Assembly: GCA_017619675.1 (NCBI GenBank)
Contig: JAFZRX010000006.1
Location: 2,616 to 66,615 of the forward strand
From: Bacteroidales bacterium
Lineage (GTDB): Bacteria > Bacteroidota > Bacteroidia > Bacteroidales > UBA932
Length of the DNA stretch: 64,000 bases
Direction: 5' to 3'
Under the pieces are notes generated by a model that worked only from the letters and a program-made list of their open reading frames with translations, made no database searches and was not told the origin of the DNA. The position numbers were made by a program, and so were the translations under genes. Each line of letters starts with the position of its first letter. Position 1 is the first letter of the stretch. This document shows, one piece after another, positions 9,383 to 18,280 of the stretch.

Positions 9383-10891
9383 ATGCCGCTGTTCAAGCAC
9401 ATCAAATGGGCGCTCATAGCGGTCCTCATATCTGTTCCTATGTTCGGTAAACAACAAGACAACCAGGGAGTCAGAAAGCCGGCCGTGGCCGGGTCTTTCT
9501 ACCCTTCTTCCGCCAAAGAGATACAGGCCATGGCTAAAGGCTGGCTGCATCCTTCCAACGATGCAGCCCTTCCTGCGCCGCAGGCCATGATAGTCCCCCA
9601 CGCAGGGTATGTGTTCAGCGGCGAGGTGGCGGCATCGGCATTCAGCCGCATCCCCAAGTGGCACAGGTACAAGAGGATCTTCCTGTTGGGGCCAAGCCAT
9701 AGGGTGGCGTTCACCGGAGCCAGTGTGGATACTTTGTATGCCTATGCTGAGACTCCTTTGGGAAAGGTGCCGATAGACACGTCCCTGGGAAAGGAGCTCA
9801 TCCGGAAAGGAGGCGGTGCCTTTACTTTCCGGAACGAAGCGCACGACGGCGAGCACTGCCTGGAAGTCCAGCTGCCGCTGCTTCAGATGGCCATGGAAGA
9901 TGTTCCGCCCGTCGTGCCCATAATAATAGGGACGCAGCGCCTGAGCGTTCTCCAGAAGATTGCCGATGTGCTGGAGCCGTATTTCAACGAGGACAACCTG
10001 TTTGTCATAAGTTCCGATTTCTCCCATTATCCTTCCTACAATGACGCCAAGGAGTCTGACCTGTATATGGCCAAGGCCCTGACCATAGGAGGATTGGAAG
10101 CGTTCATCAACGCCCTTGCATATGTTGACGAGAAGGACTTCAAGGGCCAGGACACCGCAGCGTGCGGTGCCTGCGCCATAGCAGTCCTTCTTTCCATGAT
10201 GGACGCCCAGGGCCGCGGACAGTTCCAGGGAGAGCATGTGATGTACCGCAATTCAGGTGACTCCCCATACGGCGACAAGGACCGGGTGGTGGGATATAAT
10301 GCCATTGTATATACCAGGCAGGAAGAAGAACATCTTTTCAACTTCTCGGAGGAGGAGAAGAAGGCCATGGTAGCCAACGCCCGTTCTGCAATATACTCCT
10401 CGCTAAAGATGGATTATGACGGGGATGACTCCCCTGTTGGCATACTCAAGGAAAAAGGTTACGGAGTGTTTGTAACACTCTACCTTAATGGCAGTTTACG
10501 GGGCTGTATAGGCCGCTTTACGTCATCATCAACCCTCCAGTCCACCATAAGGGAAATGGCCCGCAGCGCGGCGTTTTCTGACCCTCGCTTCCCTTCTCTT
10601 ACAAAGAGTGAAGCGGGCAGGGTGGAAATAGAGGTGTCCGTCTTGTCTCCTCTAAAGAAGATCGATTCAATTGAGGAGTTCAAACTGGGCAGGGACGGAA
10701 TCTATATGATCAAGGGGGCCAACCACGGGACCTTCCTTCCGCAGGTGGCGCAGGAAACCGGCTGGAATACGGAAGAGTTCCTGGGCCACTGCGCACGCGA
10801 CAAGGCCGGCATAGGATACAATGGCTGGAAAGACGCGGACCTCTATACTTACCAGACAGAAATAGTCAAGGAATCTGACCTTAAGGACTGA
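9383..10891 (+). CDS. AmmeMemoRadiSam system fusion protein: Memo-like (component B) N-terminal half + AMMECR1 (component A) C-terminal half
   Basis: 502 aa. The N-terminal half has the Memo-type AGSFYP motif and HAGYVFSG. The C-terminal half has the AMMECR1 signature (GVFVTLYLNGSLRGCIGRF, DPRFP). It is followed 4 nt later by the partner radical SAM gene. The N-terminus (WALIAVLISVPMF) is hydrophobic. Confidence 0.8.
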   Translation: MPLFKHIKWALIAVLISVPMFGKQQDNQGVRKPAVAGSFYPSSAKEIQAMAKGWLHPSNDAALPAPQAMIVPHAGYVFSGEVAASAFSRIPKWHRYKRIFLLGPSHRVAFTGASVDTLYAYAETPLGKVPIDTSLGKELIRKGGGAFTFRNEAHDGEHCLEVQLPLLQMAMEDVPPVVPIIIGTQRLSVLQKIADVLEPYFNEDNLFVISSDFSHYPSYNDAKESDLYMAKALTIGGLEAFINALAYVDEKDFKGQDTAACGACAIAVLLSMMDAQGRGQFQGEHVMYRNSGDSPYGDKDRVVGYNAIVYTRQEEEHLFNFSEEEKKAMVANARSAIYSSLKMDYDGDDSPVGILKEKGYGVFVTLYLNGSLRGCIGRFTSSSTLQSTIREMARSAAFSDPRFPSLTKSEAGRVEIEVSVLSPLKKIDSIEEFKLGRDGIYMIKGANHGTFLPQVAQETGWNTEEFLGHCARDKAGIGYNGWKDADLYTYQTEIVKESDLKD

Positions 10892-10895
10892 CAGG

Positions 10896-11759
10896 ATGGA
10901 AGAAGCCCGGTTTTACACGGCGACCCCCGATGGAGTCCAGTGCCTTCTCTGTCCGCATCATTGCAGGATCAGGGAAGGTGCGCGCGGCATCTGCCGCAGC
11001 CGGGAGTGCCGTGACGGGAAACTGTATGCCCTTTCCTACGGCATGCCCTGCGCCCTTGCCGTAGATCCTGTGGAGAAAAAGCCACTGAACCAGTTTATGC
11101 CGGGCACCTATTGTCTGTCATTCAGCTGCACCGGTTGCAACCTTTCCTGCAGATGGTGCCAGAACAGCGACATATCCCAAGAAGCACCGGAGGACGTTGA
11201 CCACTACGTCATTTCCCCTGAGGAAATGGTGGACATCTGCCTTAAACGCGGCCTTCCGTCCATTGCCTACACCTATACCGAACCGTTCACCTGGTGGGAA
11301 TATATGTGCAATACCGCAGTCCTGGCCCACGATAATGGCCTGAAGAATATTCTGGTCTCTGCCGGATATGTGGAGAAGGATCCATTGAAGGAATTGCTGC
11401 CATATATCGACGCGGCAAACATTGACATAAAGGCCATGGATGACGCGTTCTACCGGAAATACTGCGGCGCAACCCTTGCGCCAGTGCTGGAGAACATCCT
11501 GGCAATGAAGGAAGCCGGAGTACATCTGGAGCTAACCAACCTTCTGGTCACGGGGCTAAACGACTCTGAGAAGCAAGTGGGTGAACTATGCTCCTGGATG
11601 GTCCACAACGGCCTCCAGGACGTGCCGCTGCATTTCAGCAGGTGTTTCCCAAGGTACAAGATGTCCAGCCTTCAGCCCACTCCAGTAAAGACTCTTATCA
11701 GAGCAAAAGAAACTGCCCTGACTATGGGGATCAGGGCAGTATATCTAGGAAACGTTTAA
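10896..11759 (+). CDS. amrS: AmmeMemoRadiSam system radical SAM enzyme
   Basis: 287 aa with CNLSCRWCQN (a Cx3Cx2C radical-SAM cluster). Its position directly after the Memo/AMMECR1 gene matches the known three-component system. Confidence 0.8.
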   Translation: MEEARFYTATPDGVQCLLCPHHCRIREGARGICRSRECRDGKLYALSYGMPCALAVDPVEKKPLNQFMPGTYCLSFSCTGCNLSCRWCQNSDISQEAPEDVDHYVISPEEMVDICLKRGLPSIAYTYTEPFTWWEYMCNTAVLAHDNGLKNILVSAGYVEKDPLKELLPYIDAANIDIKAMDDAFYRKYCGATLAPVLENILAMKEAGVHLELTNLLVTGLNDSEKQVGELCSWMVHNGLQDVPLHFSRCFPRYKMSSLQPTPVKTLIRAKETALTMGIRAVYLGNV

Positions 11760-11765
11760 TAAACG

Positions 11766-12059
11766 CTACTGGTATTTCTCTCCTTTTACCAGAACCACGT
11801 TCATACGCTCCACTTCAATCTTTTCCCATACGTGTTCAGTGACGTATGGCTCATTGGCCAGATAGTCATCCAGTTCCTCCCGGCTCTGGAAATCCATGAC
11901 CAGGACGGATCCTTTCATCTTTCCCGCCTCATCCAGCAGGCCGCCGGCGCAGACTACGTGGCTGCCCAGCCTGGCCATGCCTTCCAGGTGACGTGGACGG
12001 ACCTCCATCCTCCTGTCCAGCATGCCTTCTCCGTCGTATGCTATTACAACAAACTGCAT
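11766..12059 (-). CDS. YciI family protein
   Basis: 97 aa. MQFVVIAYDG...RPRHLEGMARLGSHVVCAGGLLDE...LANEPY is typical of the YciI-like fold. Confidence 0.65.
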   Translation of the reverse strand: MQFVVIAYDGEGMLDRRMEVRPRHLEGMARLGSHVVCAGGLLDEAGKMKGSVLVMDFQSREELDDYLANEPYVTEHVWEKIEVERMNVVLVKGEKYQ

Positions 12060-12072
12060 AATCGATAATTAT

Positions 12073-12477
12073 TTAAGCGTAATAATCCGCCAGGGCGTCA
12101 AAGAATCCGGGGAAACGGGCGTCAATCACTATAGGACGGCCATTTTCCAGGAAACAGTGAACGCTGGAACCGGTGAACACCACTTCATCCCTGCAGGTCA
12201 TTACATAGTTGATTTTAATTTTAAGCGCGGACAGTTTCTCCACTGATACCTGGACAGACACTTCATCCTGGAAGGTGGTTGTCTTCTTGTAGGAGCAGTG
12301 TACTTCCATAACCGGAGAGACCACGCCTTCCGCCTCCATCTTCTCAAAGCCATAGCCTATGCAGTCAAGCATATTGAGGCGGGCCTCCTCCATAATCCGG
12401 ACATAATTGGAGTGATGGGTTATTCCCATCCTGTCGCATTCGTAATACTTTATCTTGTGTATATAAGGTTCTGCCAT
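12073..12477 (-). CDS. Acyl-CoA thioesterase (4HBT/YbgC hotdog family)
   Basis: 134 aa. YYECDRMGITHHSNYVRIMEEARLNML matches the hotdog thioesterase active-site region (D-x-x-G-x-x-H). Confidence 0.7.
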   Translation of the reverse strand: MAEPYIHKIKYYECDRMGITHHSNYVRIMEEARLNMLDCIGYGFEKMEAEGVVSPVMEVHCSYKKTTTFQDEVSVQVSVEKLSALKIKINYVMTCRDEVVFTGSSVHCFLENGRPIVIDARFPGFFDALADYYA

Positions 12478-12515
12478 GCGTTTATTCTTTAATTACAGGG
12501 CAAAGATACAAAAAA

Positions 12516-15026
12516 CTACCGTTTAAGCAGGGACTGGGCGGCCAGTACAAGGAACATGTAGTGCGATGAGCCCCCTCCCAGCACGTATTCTGTCTGCTGC
12601 CACAGGAACGGGAATTCCAGCAACTCAGGAAGGTCAGGGCGGATTATGGCGGTGCCCGATATAACACCTCCGGGAACGTAAGACCAGTCTGCGCGCGTTG
12701 TTCCGTATGCGGTGGTTGCCGATACTGCTCCTACGCCCGATGCGAACGATGCCGTGTTCTCACCGGGATGGCGGCCCAGGATGAAGTGGAGGGCGTCATG
12801 CACCAGTCCGGCGTCAAAGATTTCAGGATAGGCGCTGCAAAGGAAGTAGTACTGGTAACCGAAACTCTGGATGTCCCATCCCGCGCCCCAGATAGATGGC
12901 TGATACGGAACACCGTAGGGAGTTGCGGCGGCCCTTTGCGTGTAGCTTTCCTTCAAGGCGGGAAGCGCCTCGCGGAAAGCTGCGGCAAAGGCCTTTTCCT
13001 GGCTGTCCGAGCTCTGTTCCCAGGCCTTTGCCACGCGGGCCAGGTACCAGGCGCTTCGGCTTACGCCGCGCTGGAGCGAGGCCTGCTGGTCAAGGATATA
13101 GTCCCTGTATTCGACCTTTCCGGTAGTGAGGTAGAGTTCAACGGCGGCCTGAAGCCTGTCGCCGGCGGTGTTGTGGAACAGCGCTTCGGCCATCTCCAGG
13201 CTCTGGGTGGCAAGGGTGTCGTTGTAGCCCCTGAGCGTACGGGCGACGGCAGCCATGTCGGCTGCGGTGGCCCTGTCGCGGGAGGCGTTTTCTTCAGTGT
13301 AGATCCAGCGGTCATCCTCGTTTCCTGGTATTCCGTCAGTCATGGCGGCGGCATCACCCAGGATTACATACTGGCGGATGCTGCTGCTGATTATGCCGCG
13401 GTAAGGACGGCCGAGGGCCTTGTACGCGGCCACTACGGAAAGCGCGCCGTTCTCTATCTGCTGGAGGATGTCGTTCTTGCCGTCGGGCTCGTGGATTTCC
13501 GTGACATGCTTGTGGAAGTCGATTGCGGTGACGTCGATCTCAGGCTTGAACTGTTCGTAGGCCATTGAAAGGATATAGGACTCCCCTGCCTGGGACTCTA
13601 TCCTCAGGTCCAGGTCTCCGGCATCGTGCCAGCCGCCTATCGCCACGTCAGGAACCGGCTGGCCGGGCGCATACTTTGAAATGCCGGGGCTCTGGTCATA
13701 GCCGTCAATTCCGTTTTCGTTCAGGGCCATCAGGGCGTCGTCCATGTGGCAGGCGTCGTGCCATACGCGATACTTCTCGTTCACCCTCATGTGGCACATC
13801 TGGTTGGGAAGGAAATACTCTATTACCGGCTGCCATACTCCCCTGTCGTAGATGTCTTCCGCAATCCTGAAAACAGAAGAAACGGAGTCACCGTATTTAA
13901 TCTGGTACAGACCGGGCTCCTTGACGGAACTGAAATCTGCCTTGGCATAGTTGAAGCGGAGGAATTTGCCCCAGGACACAGGTTTCACGCTCAAAACTTT
14001 ATGTTCGCCCTGGGCGTCAATCTTGAACACATCCGCATTACCATTTGCTTCCTGTTTTGCATCAAGTTCCAGGATTGCGACCTTGGACTGATTTGGGTGA
14101 TAGCCTATCTGCGAAGTCTGTATTACTGGAGCGTATGTCCAGCCCTTTACAATGTTGGGTGAAATAATCCATTTTACGGCCCCTTTCGTGGCCCCTGCGG
14201 GGATTTCGGAGCGCAGGACGAACCAACCGTTGTTATGGTTCATACGGCCGTCATAGAGCTTTAAATCGGCAGTTAACGTCTCAACTGTCAATTTGGAGTA
14301 CGGATCGTCCGGGCGGGAGACAAAGCGGCGGCCAACCGCGTATGGCTCCGCTATGATGTCGTCAGCCACAATGGGGTTGTAGCCTTTCCCTTCGGCCACC
14401 AGGCGGTCAAAGTCTATGATGGGACGGCCATCAATGTGGAAGTCTCCGGTATTCTTGTAATTGGGCTCAGTCAGGAGCAGCGGAGAATTTGGCTGGCGCG
14501 GGTAAATGCCGTCCTTGTCGTCCATTATCCAAGGTTTGCCGAAGAGCGAACCCGGAAAGAATTCCAGGTTGAATCCGGCCTTGCCTATGAAGGCCTCGGG
14601 AATGGGCTGGTCCAGGTCAAGTGTCACTTCAATATGGTCACCTACCGCACGGGTTGTAACTGTGTATTCTATCACCGCGTCGGGATAAATCATAGGATTG
14701 AAGCCGGTGAGGTGGCGGGTGGAATCCGGATATGCCAGGCGCGTGGTGATGACGTTGCCGTCCACCTCCCTGGATATCTGGCGCGGTACCGGCTGCCACT
14801 GTCCCGGAGTGGCCTCGAAACGGAGGTCTCCGTTGGTTGCCACGCGGTGGCCGTTCATTATTACGCACACGCCTCCCTGATGTCCTTCAGGATAGAAATC
14901 GTTGAAGGCCATGACGTCCACGCCCTCGTTACGGTAATAACCCTCCGGCCCCAATTTGAACTCCTGGGAGCATGCGATTGTGCCGCTCAGCAACACTGCG
15001 GCTAGACAGGCAAGGTATCTATTCAT
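12516..15026 (-). CDS. Glycoside hydrolase family 9-like enzyme with N-terminal Ig-like domain
   Basis: 836 aa with signal MNRYLACLAAVLLSGTIACSQ. GGWHDAGDLDLR matches the GH9 WxDAGD catalytic motif. The C-terminal QQTEYVLGG is compatible with the GH9 acid residue region. Confidence 0.65.
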   Translation of the reverse strand: MNRYLACLAAVLLSGTIACSQEFKLGPEGYYRNEGVDVMAFNDFYPEGHQGGVCVIMNGHRVATNGDLRFEATPGQWQPVPRQISREVDGNVITTRLAYPDSTRHLTGFNPMIYPDAVIEYTVTTRAVGDHIEVTLDLDQPIPEAFIGKAGFNLEFFPGSLFGKPWIMDDKDGIYPRQPNSPLLLTEPNYKNTGDFHIDGRPIIDFDRLVAEGKGYNPIVADDIIAEPYAVGRRFVSRPDDPYSKLTVETLTADLKLYDGRMNHNNGWFVLRSEIPAGATKGAVKWIISPNIVKGWTYAPVIQTSQIGYHPNQSKVAILELDAKQEANGNADVFKIDAQGEHKVLSVKPVSWGKFLRFNYAKADFSSVKEPGLYQIKYGDSVSSVFRIAEDIYDRGVWQPVIEYFLPNQMCHMRVNEKYRVWHDACHMDDALMALNENGIDGYDQSPGISKYAPGQPVPDVAIGGWHDAGDLDLRIESQAGESYILSMAYEQFKPEIDVTAIDFHKHVTEIHEPDGKNDILQQIENGALSVVAAYKALGRPYRGIISSSIRQYVILGDAAAMTDGIPGNEDDRWIYTEENASRDRATAADMAAVARTLRGYNDTLATQSLEMAEALFHNTAGDRLQAAVELYLTTGKVEYRDYILDQQASLQRGVSRSAWYLARVAKAWEQSSDSQEKAFAAAFREALPALKESYTQRAAATPYGVPYQPSIWGAGWDIQSFGYQYYFLCSAYPEIFDAGLVHDALHFILGRHPGENTASFASGVGAVSATTAYGTTRADWSYVPGGVISGTAIIRPDLPELLEFPFLWQQTEYVLGGGSSHYMFLVLAAQSLLKR

Positions 15027-16836
15027 ACTTGAATGCTTTATAAGAATGTGGTTTAAGGGTCATGGCCGGTTCTGCGGAGGCACCTGTTTCCAGGTCAGTC
15101 AGCTTAAGCTGGCCTTTCATGCCCATGAGCCTGATGTCAACTGGCTGGTCGTTGAAGTTCTCTACGATGACGGTCTTGTTGTCATATAGGAAGAGGCTGA
15201 CCTTTGACGGCCCGTCCAGATAAAGGTCCAGGTCCTTGCTCATCGTTCGGCGGATCACGTTCAGCACTCCGGCAGGATAATCATACAGGTTGCCAAAGTC
15301 ATCAGGAATGGTCAGCACATATAAAGTGCCGTTGGAGTAAGTTGCACGGTGCAGGATGGGCCAGCCGGAGACGCCGTTGGTCAGGGGGCGTCCGGCGCTG
15401 ACAACCTCCCAGCTGTCGTTGGTCCAATAGCGCACCTGAGGAATCAGGATGTCCTTCTCGCTCTTGCCGTATCGGCCGAAGTCGTTTACTATGGCCTTGA
15501 GGTCGTCGCACTGGAGTTCGCAGATATCAGCGATCTTCTCGGGAACCAGCTTCAGGAGTCCGGTGGTGATGACCACATCGCCGCCGCCCTTCAGCTGCTT
15601 CTCAATCTTTACCGTAAGGTCAGGATCAGTGGCCGCCTGTGCCGTTAAAAGGACCGTTTTACGCCCTTCGGGGAACGTGGGATACATATCCATTGGAAGA
15701 CCTATCATGCCCAGGTAATTCTGCAGGAATTCCTCCCCAGGGGCATGATAAATCTTGTATGAATCTATGCCGATAGGATTTCCCAGTTTCCCCACCAGTT
15801 CGTCAGCCTGGCGCAGTACCACATCCGCTATTCGCGCCATTGTGGTAGGAGTAACCGTCTCCCTGCCGTTCTGGAAAGGAGCGGTCATCTGGTCATAGTT
15901 CCAACTTGTCCCCTGGTCCTGCCAGGGAGCGCGGAAAGAAGGATTCAATTTGACGTCCAGCAACTGGTTGTATGCGAACAGCATCACGTCACGGCCCTTT
16001 GCAATGGCAGTGAGGAACAGCTGTTCCGCATATCGGTCCATGCTCATGGTAATTCCGCCGGAATCAACCCAGCCGCCTCCGTTGCGTCCTCCGGAGATGT
16101 TCTCGAAGTAACGCATGATATTATAGCTGAGGTAATTCTGGAGGTGCTGGTTACCCGCAGGATTGCGGGTCTCTGTACCTGTCCATACTTCGTCAAAGAT
16201 CTGCGGGCCGTACTCCAGATTGAAACCCAGGCCCTGGAAATGGTCATACCAGTTAGGATACTTTATGATAACCTTCACCTTGGGATTGACTGCCTTGGCG
16301 GGTCCCACAACAAGGTTGCGGCCGGCCTCGTTCATCAATTCAAGCCTGTACTGAGTCCAGCTCCTGTCCCCCTTGGCAATGATCTCCACGTCTTTCTTAC
16401 TGCTGGTGAAGAAGAAGTCGTCCAGAAGGAACTCGTCAAAGTGGCGGGCAGTGTGCTCGGCCACCTTCTGCACCCAGGCGCGGTCCTCCGGATTGGAGTA
16501 ACTGAAGGTCTCGAAATCATTGGGCTCACTGATGGTATAGGTAATACCTCCTGCCACTTCGATCCCCTGCTTCTCAAAGAATGCCTTGGCCTTTTCAAGC
16601 GTGGCATCGTCCACAAGGCGCATGTCCCGGTGCGTCTCCAGATATATCTTGTCCACGTCCAGTTGGCTGGAAATGGTCTTCCAGGTGGACTCCAGCCACT
16701 GGGTATCGGCCATCTTCTCCACCTCGAACGCCCGTACATACACGGACACCTTGAAATTCTTATGCCTCGCGGAAGCAGTAATAAACGCGCATGACGTCAG
16801 CAGGACGCATAGCACTAATCTGAGATATTGTTTCAT
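15019..16836 (-). CDS. Exported protein of unknown function (possibly a glycoside-hydrolase-like barrel), co-transcribed with GH9
   Basis: 605 aa with signal/lipobox MKQYLRLVLCVLLTSCAF. Its stop overlaps the GH9 start by 8 nt. I could name no family motif with confidence. Confidence 0.5.
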   Translation of the reverse strand: MKQYLRLVLCVLLTSCAFITASARHKNFKVSVYVRAFEVEKMADTQWLESTWKTISSQLDVDKIYLETHRDMRLVDDATLEKAKAFFEKQGIEVAGGITYTISEPNDFETFSYSNPEDRAWVQKVAEHTARHFDEFLLDDFFFTSSKKDVEIIAKGDRSWTQYRLELMNEAGRNLVVGPAKAVNPKVKVIIKYPNWYDHFQGLGFNLEYGPQIFDEVWTGTETRNPAGNQHLQNYLSYNIMRYFENISGGRNGGGWVDSGGITMSMDRYAEQLFLTAIAKGRDVMLFAYNQLLDVKLNPSFRAPWQDQGTSWNYDQMTAPFQNGRETVTPTTMARIADVVLRQADELVGKLGNPIGIDSYKIYHAPGEEFLQNYLGMIGLPMDMYPTFPEGRKTVLLTAQAATDPDLTVKIEKQLKGGGDVVITTGLLKLVPEKIADICELQCDDLKAIVNDFGRYGKSEKDILIPQVRYWTNDSWEVVSAGRPLTNGVSGWPILHRATYSNGTLYVLTIPDDFGNLYDYPAGVLNVIRRTMSKDLDLYLDGPSKVSLFLYDNKTVIVENFNDQPVDIRLMGMKGQLKLTDLETGASAEPAMTLKPHSYKAFKYE

Positions 16837-16933
16837 TGGTAATATGGTTGCGTGTTAACAGATTACTTTATTCAAAAATAGAATCCGTTTCGTGAAAAAG
16901 CAAAGAATATGAGGACTATTTAAGTCATTGGCG

Positions 16934-16941
16934 TATATTTG
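16934..16941 (+). promoter_or_regulatory. Bacteroidetes -7 promoter box (TAnnTTTG) for the ElaA-like gene
   Basis: Exact match TATATTTG at 16934-16941. The first ATG is at 16945, implying a (near-)leaderless mRNA. Confidence 0.4.
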
Positions 16942-16944
16942 CAG

Positions 16945-17400
16945 ATGATGGACGACAATAGTATCAAACTGCACAAAAAGTTCTTCAATGAATTGACCCT
17001 GGATGAACTGTACGAACTGCTGCGTATCCGCAGCGAGGTCTTTGTGGTGGAGCAGGACTGCGTGTATCAGGACCTGGACTACGACGACCAGCCCTCCATC
17101 CATCTATGGCTGACCAGGGGCGACAAGATCGTGGCCATCTGCCGGGTCTGCCCTGCCGGCACCCATATGGAGGAAGTGTCTGTGGGAAGGGTAATAACCA
17201 CGGAGCGCGGAAAAGGCTACGGCAAGCGCATGATGCTGGAAGGCATCAATGCCGCGCAGGAGCATTTCGACGCCAGACGCATCGAAATAGAAGCCCAGGA
17301 ATACGCGCGTGGATTCTACGAGCAGGTAGGCTTCCGTCAGTCTTCAGAGCCGTTCATCCTGGACGGCATTCCGCATATCAAAATGATCTGGGAGATATAA
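16945..17400 (+). CDS. elaA: GNAT N-acetyltransferase, ElaA-like
   Basis: The track ORF starts at TTG 16939 and the first ATG is at 16945. The sequence ...ELTLDELYELLRIRSEVFVVEQDCVYQDLDYDDQ...GIPHIKMIWE aligns by eye along its whole length with E. coli ElaA (about 153 aa). Confidence 0.7.
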   Translation: MMDDNSIKLHKKFFNELTLDELYELLRIRSEVFVVEQDCVYQDLDYDDQPSIHLWLTRGDKIVAICRVCPAGTHMEEVSVGRVITTERGKGYGKRMMLEGINAAQEHFDARRIEIEAQEYARGFYEQVGFRQSSEPFILDGIPHIKMIWEI

Positions 17401-17403
17401 AAA

Positions 17404-17430
17404 GCAGGCCGGGAAACAATCCCGGCCTGC
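17404..17430. terminator. Bidirectional terminator hairpin between convergent genes
   Basis: 11-bp GC-rich stem gcaggccggga (17404-17414) / tcccggcctgc (17420-17430) with a 5-nt loop. The U-rich tail is on the minus-strand reading (after the PUL operon). On the plus strand it sits 3 nt after the elaA stop. Confidence 0.6.
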
Positions 17431-17473
17431 AAATTTGAGTGGTGAAGCGTCATCAGCACTTCTTCTTCCTGGA

Positions 17474-18265
17474 TCAATACAATTGATCCTCGTCCCAGAG
17501 GGTAACCTCTTCAATCTTGGAGAAGTCGCTGGAGACCTTGTACACAGGAGAGTAGTTATATCTTTTGCTTGAGTTAGCGTTTCCTGTAGCAACTGCTCCT
17601 ATACGGAGATAATGGTCTCTCTTGTACACAAACTGATTTCCGCTTGGAATCTCAGTATTTATTGCAAGCACCACGTCTGCCTGCCCGTTGGTGAGTTTGA
17701 CCTTCTCGATCTTTCCTTCAGGCTGATAATTCTTATTCTTCTTATCAAAGATGAAGTTATTGTTGCTTTCACTTACATATCTGTCGGTGAAACCGAAGAG
17801 GGCCACGTCCACTTTCGAAGTCTGAGCAGCGTCTGCAACCTGGACTGTGAACCTTGCTACGAGCTTCGTTCCTTCGTAAGTGATCTTGGGATTGAGGATA
17901 CGTGCATAAGGTGTCACAGTGAAGTCCACGGTGTTCTTACCCTTCTCAAGGGTGAAGGGGATTACTACGGGGTAGAAGCACTGGTCTTTGGTATCCAACC
18001 TATACTTTCCAGCAAACACAAGCTTGTTACGATATGTGCCGTTGCACTTGACGTACCATTCCTCTGCTTCCTCCTTGTCCCAGCCTTCTTCAATGATTGA
18101 AATTTTTGAAGTGTTATAAAATGCGAACTGAACCGGATCTCCAGTTGCGCTGTCGATGAAACGTCCCTCGACCTGAGCGTTGTAGCTGTCCTGATTGTCG
18201 AACACGAACCAGTCGCAGGATGTGGCCAGGATCAATAATGATAATAATACTAATATCTTTTTCAT
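17474..18265 (-). CDS. DUF3823-like PUL-associated lipoprotein
   Basis: 263 aa with lipobox MKKILVLLSLLILATSC. The N-terminal pattern DSYNAQVEGRFIDSATGDPV and the position directly downstream of SusD are typical of DUF3823 proteins. Confidence 0.55.
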   Translation of the reverse strand: MKKILVLLSLLILATSCDWFVFDNQDSYNAQVEGRFIDSATGDPVQFAFYNTSKISIIEEGWDKEEAEEWYVKCNGTYRNKLVFAGKYRLDTKDQCFYPVVIPFTLEKGKNTVDFTVTPYARILNPKITYEGTKLVARFTVQVADAAQTSKVDVALFGFTDRYVSESNNNFIFDKKNKNYQPEGKIEKVKLTNGQADVVLAINTEIPSGNQFVYKRDHYLRIGAVATGNANSSKRYNYSPVYKVSSDFSKIEEVTLWDEDQLY

Positions 18266-18280
18266 AAGGACTATATTTTT

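Noticed and set aside
12768-13568. 266-aa plus-strand ORF inside the GH9 gene (and similar ones at 13746-14162 and 14436-15005)
   Set aside because: It is an antisense shadow of a longer ORF with recognisable GH9 motifs. It is Gly/Ala/Val/Arg-rich with no motifs, as is typical of the opposite strand of GC-rich coding sequence.
16144-16794. 216-aa plus-strand ORF inside the 605-aa gene
   Set aside because: It is antisense to a longer ORF that has a lipoprotein signal and operon coupling. It has no start context and no motifs.
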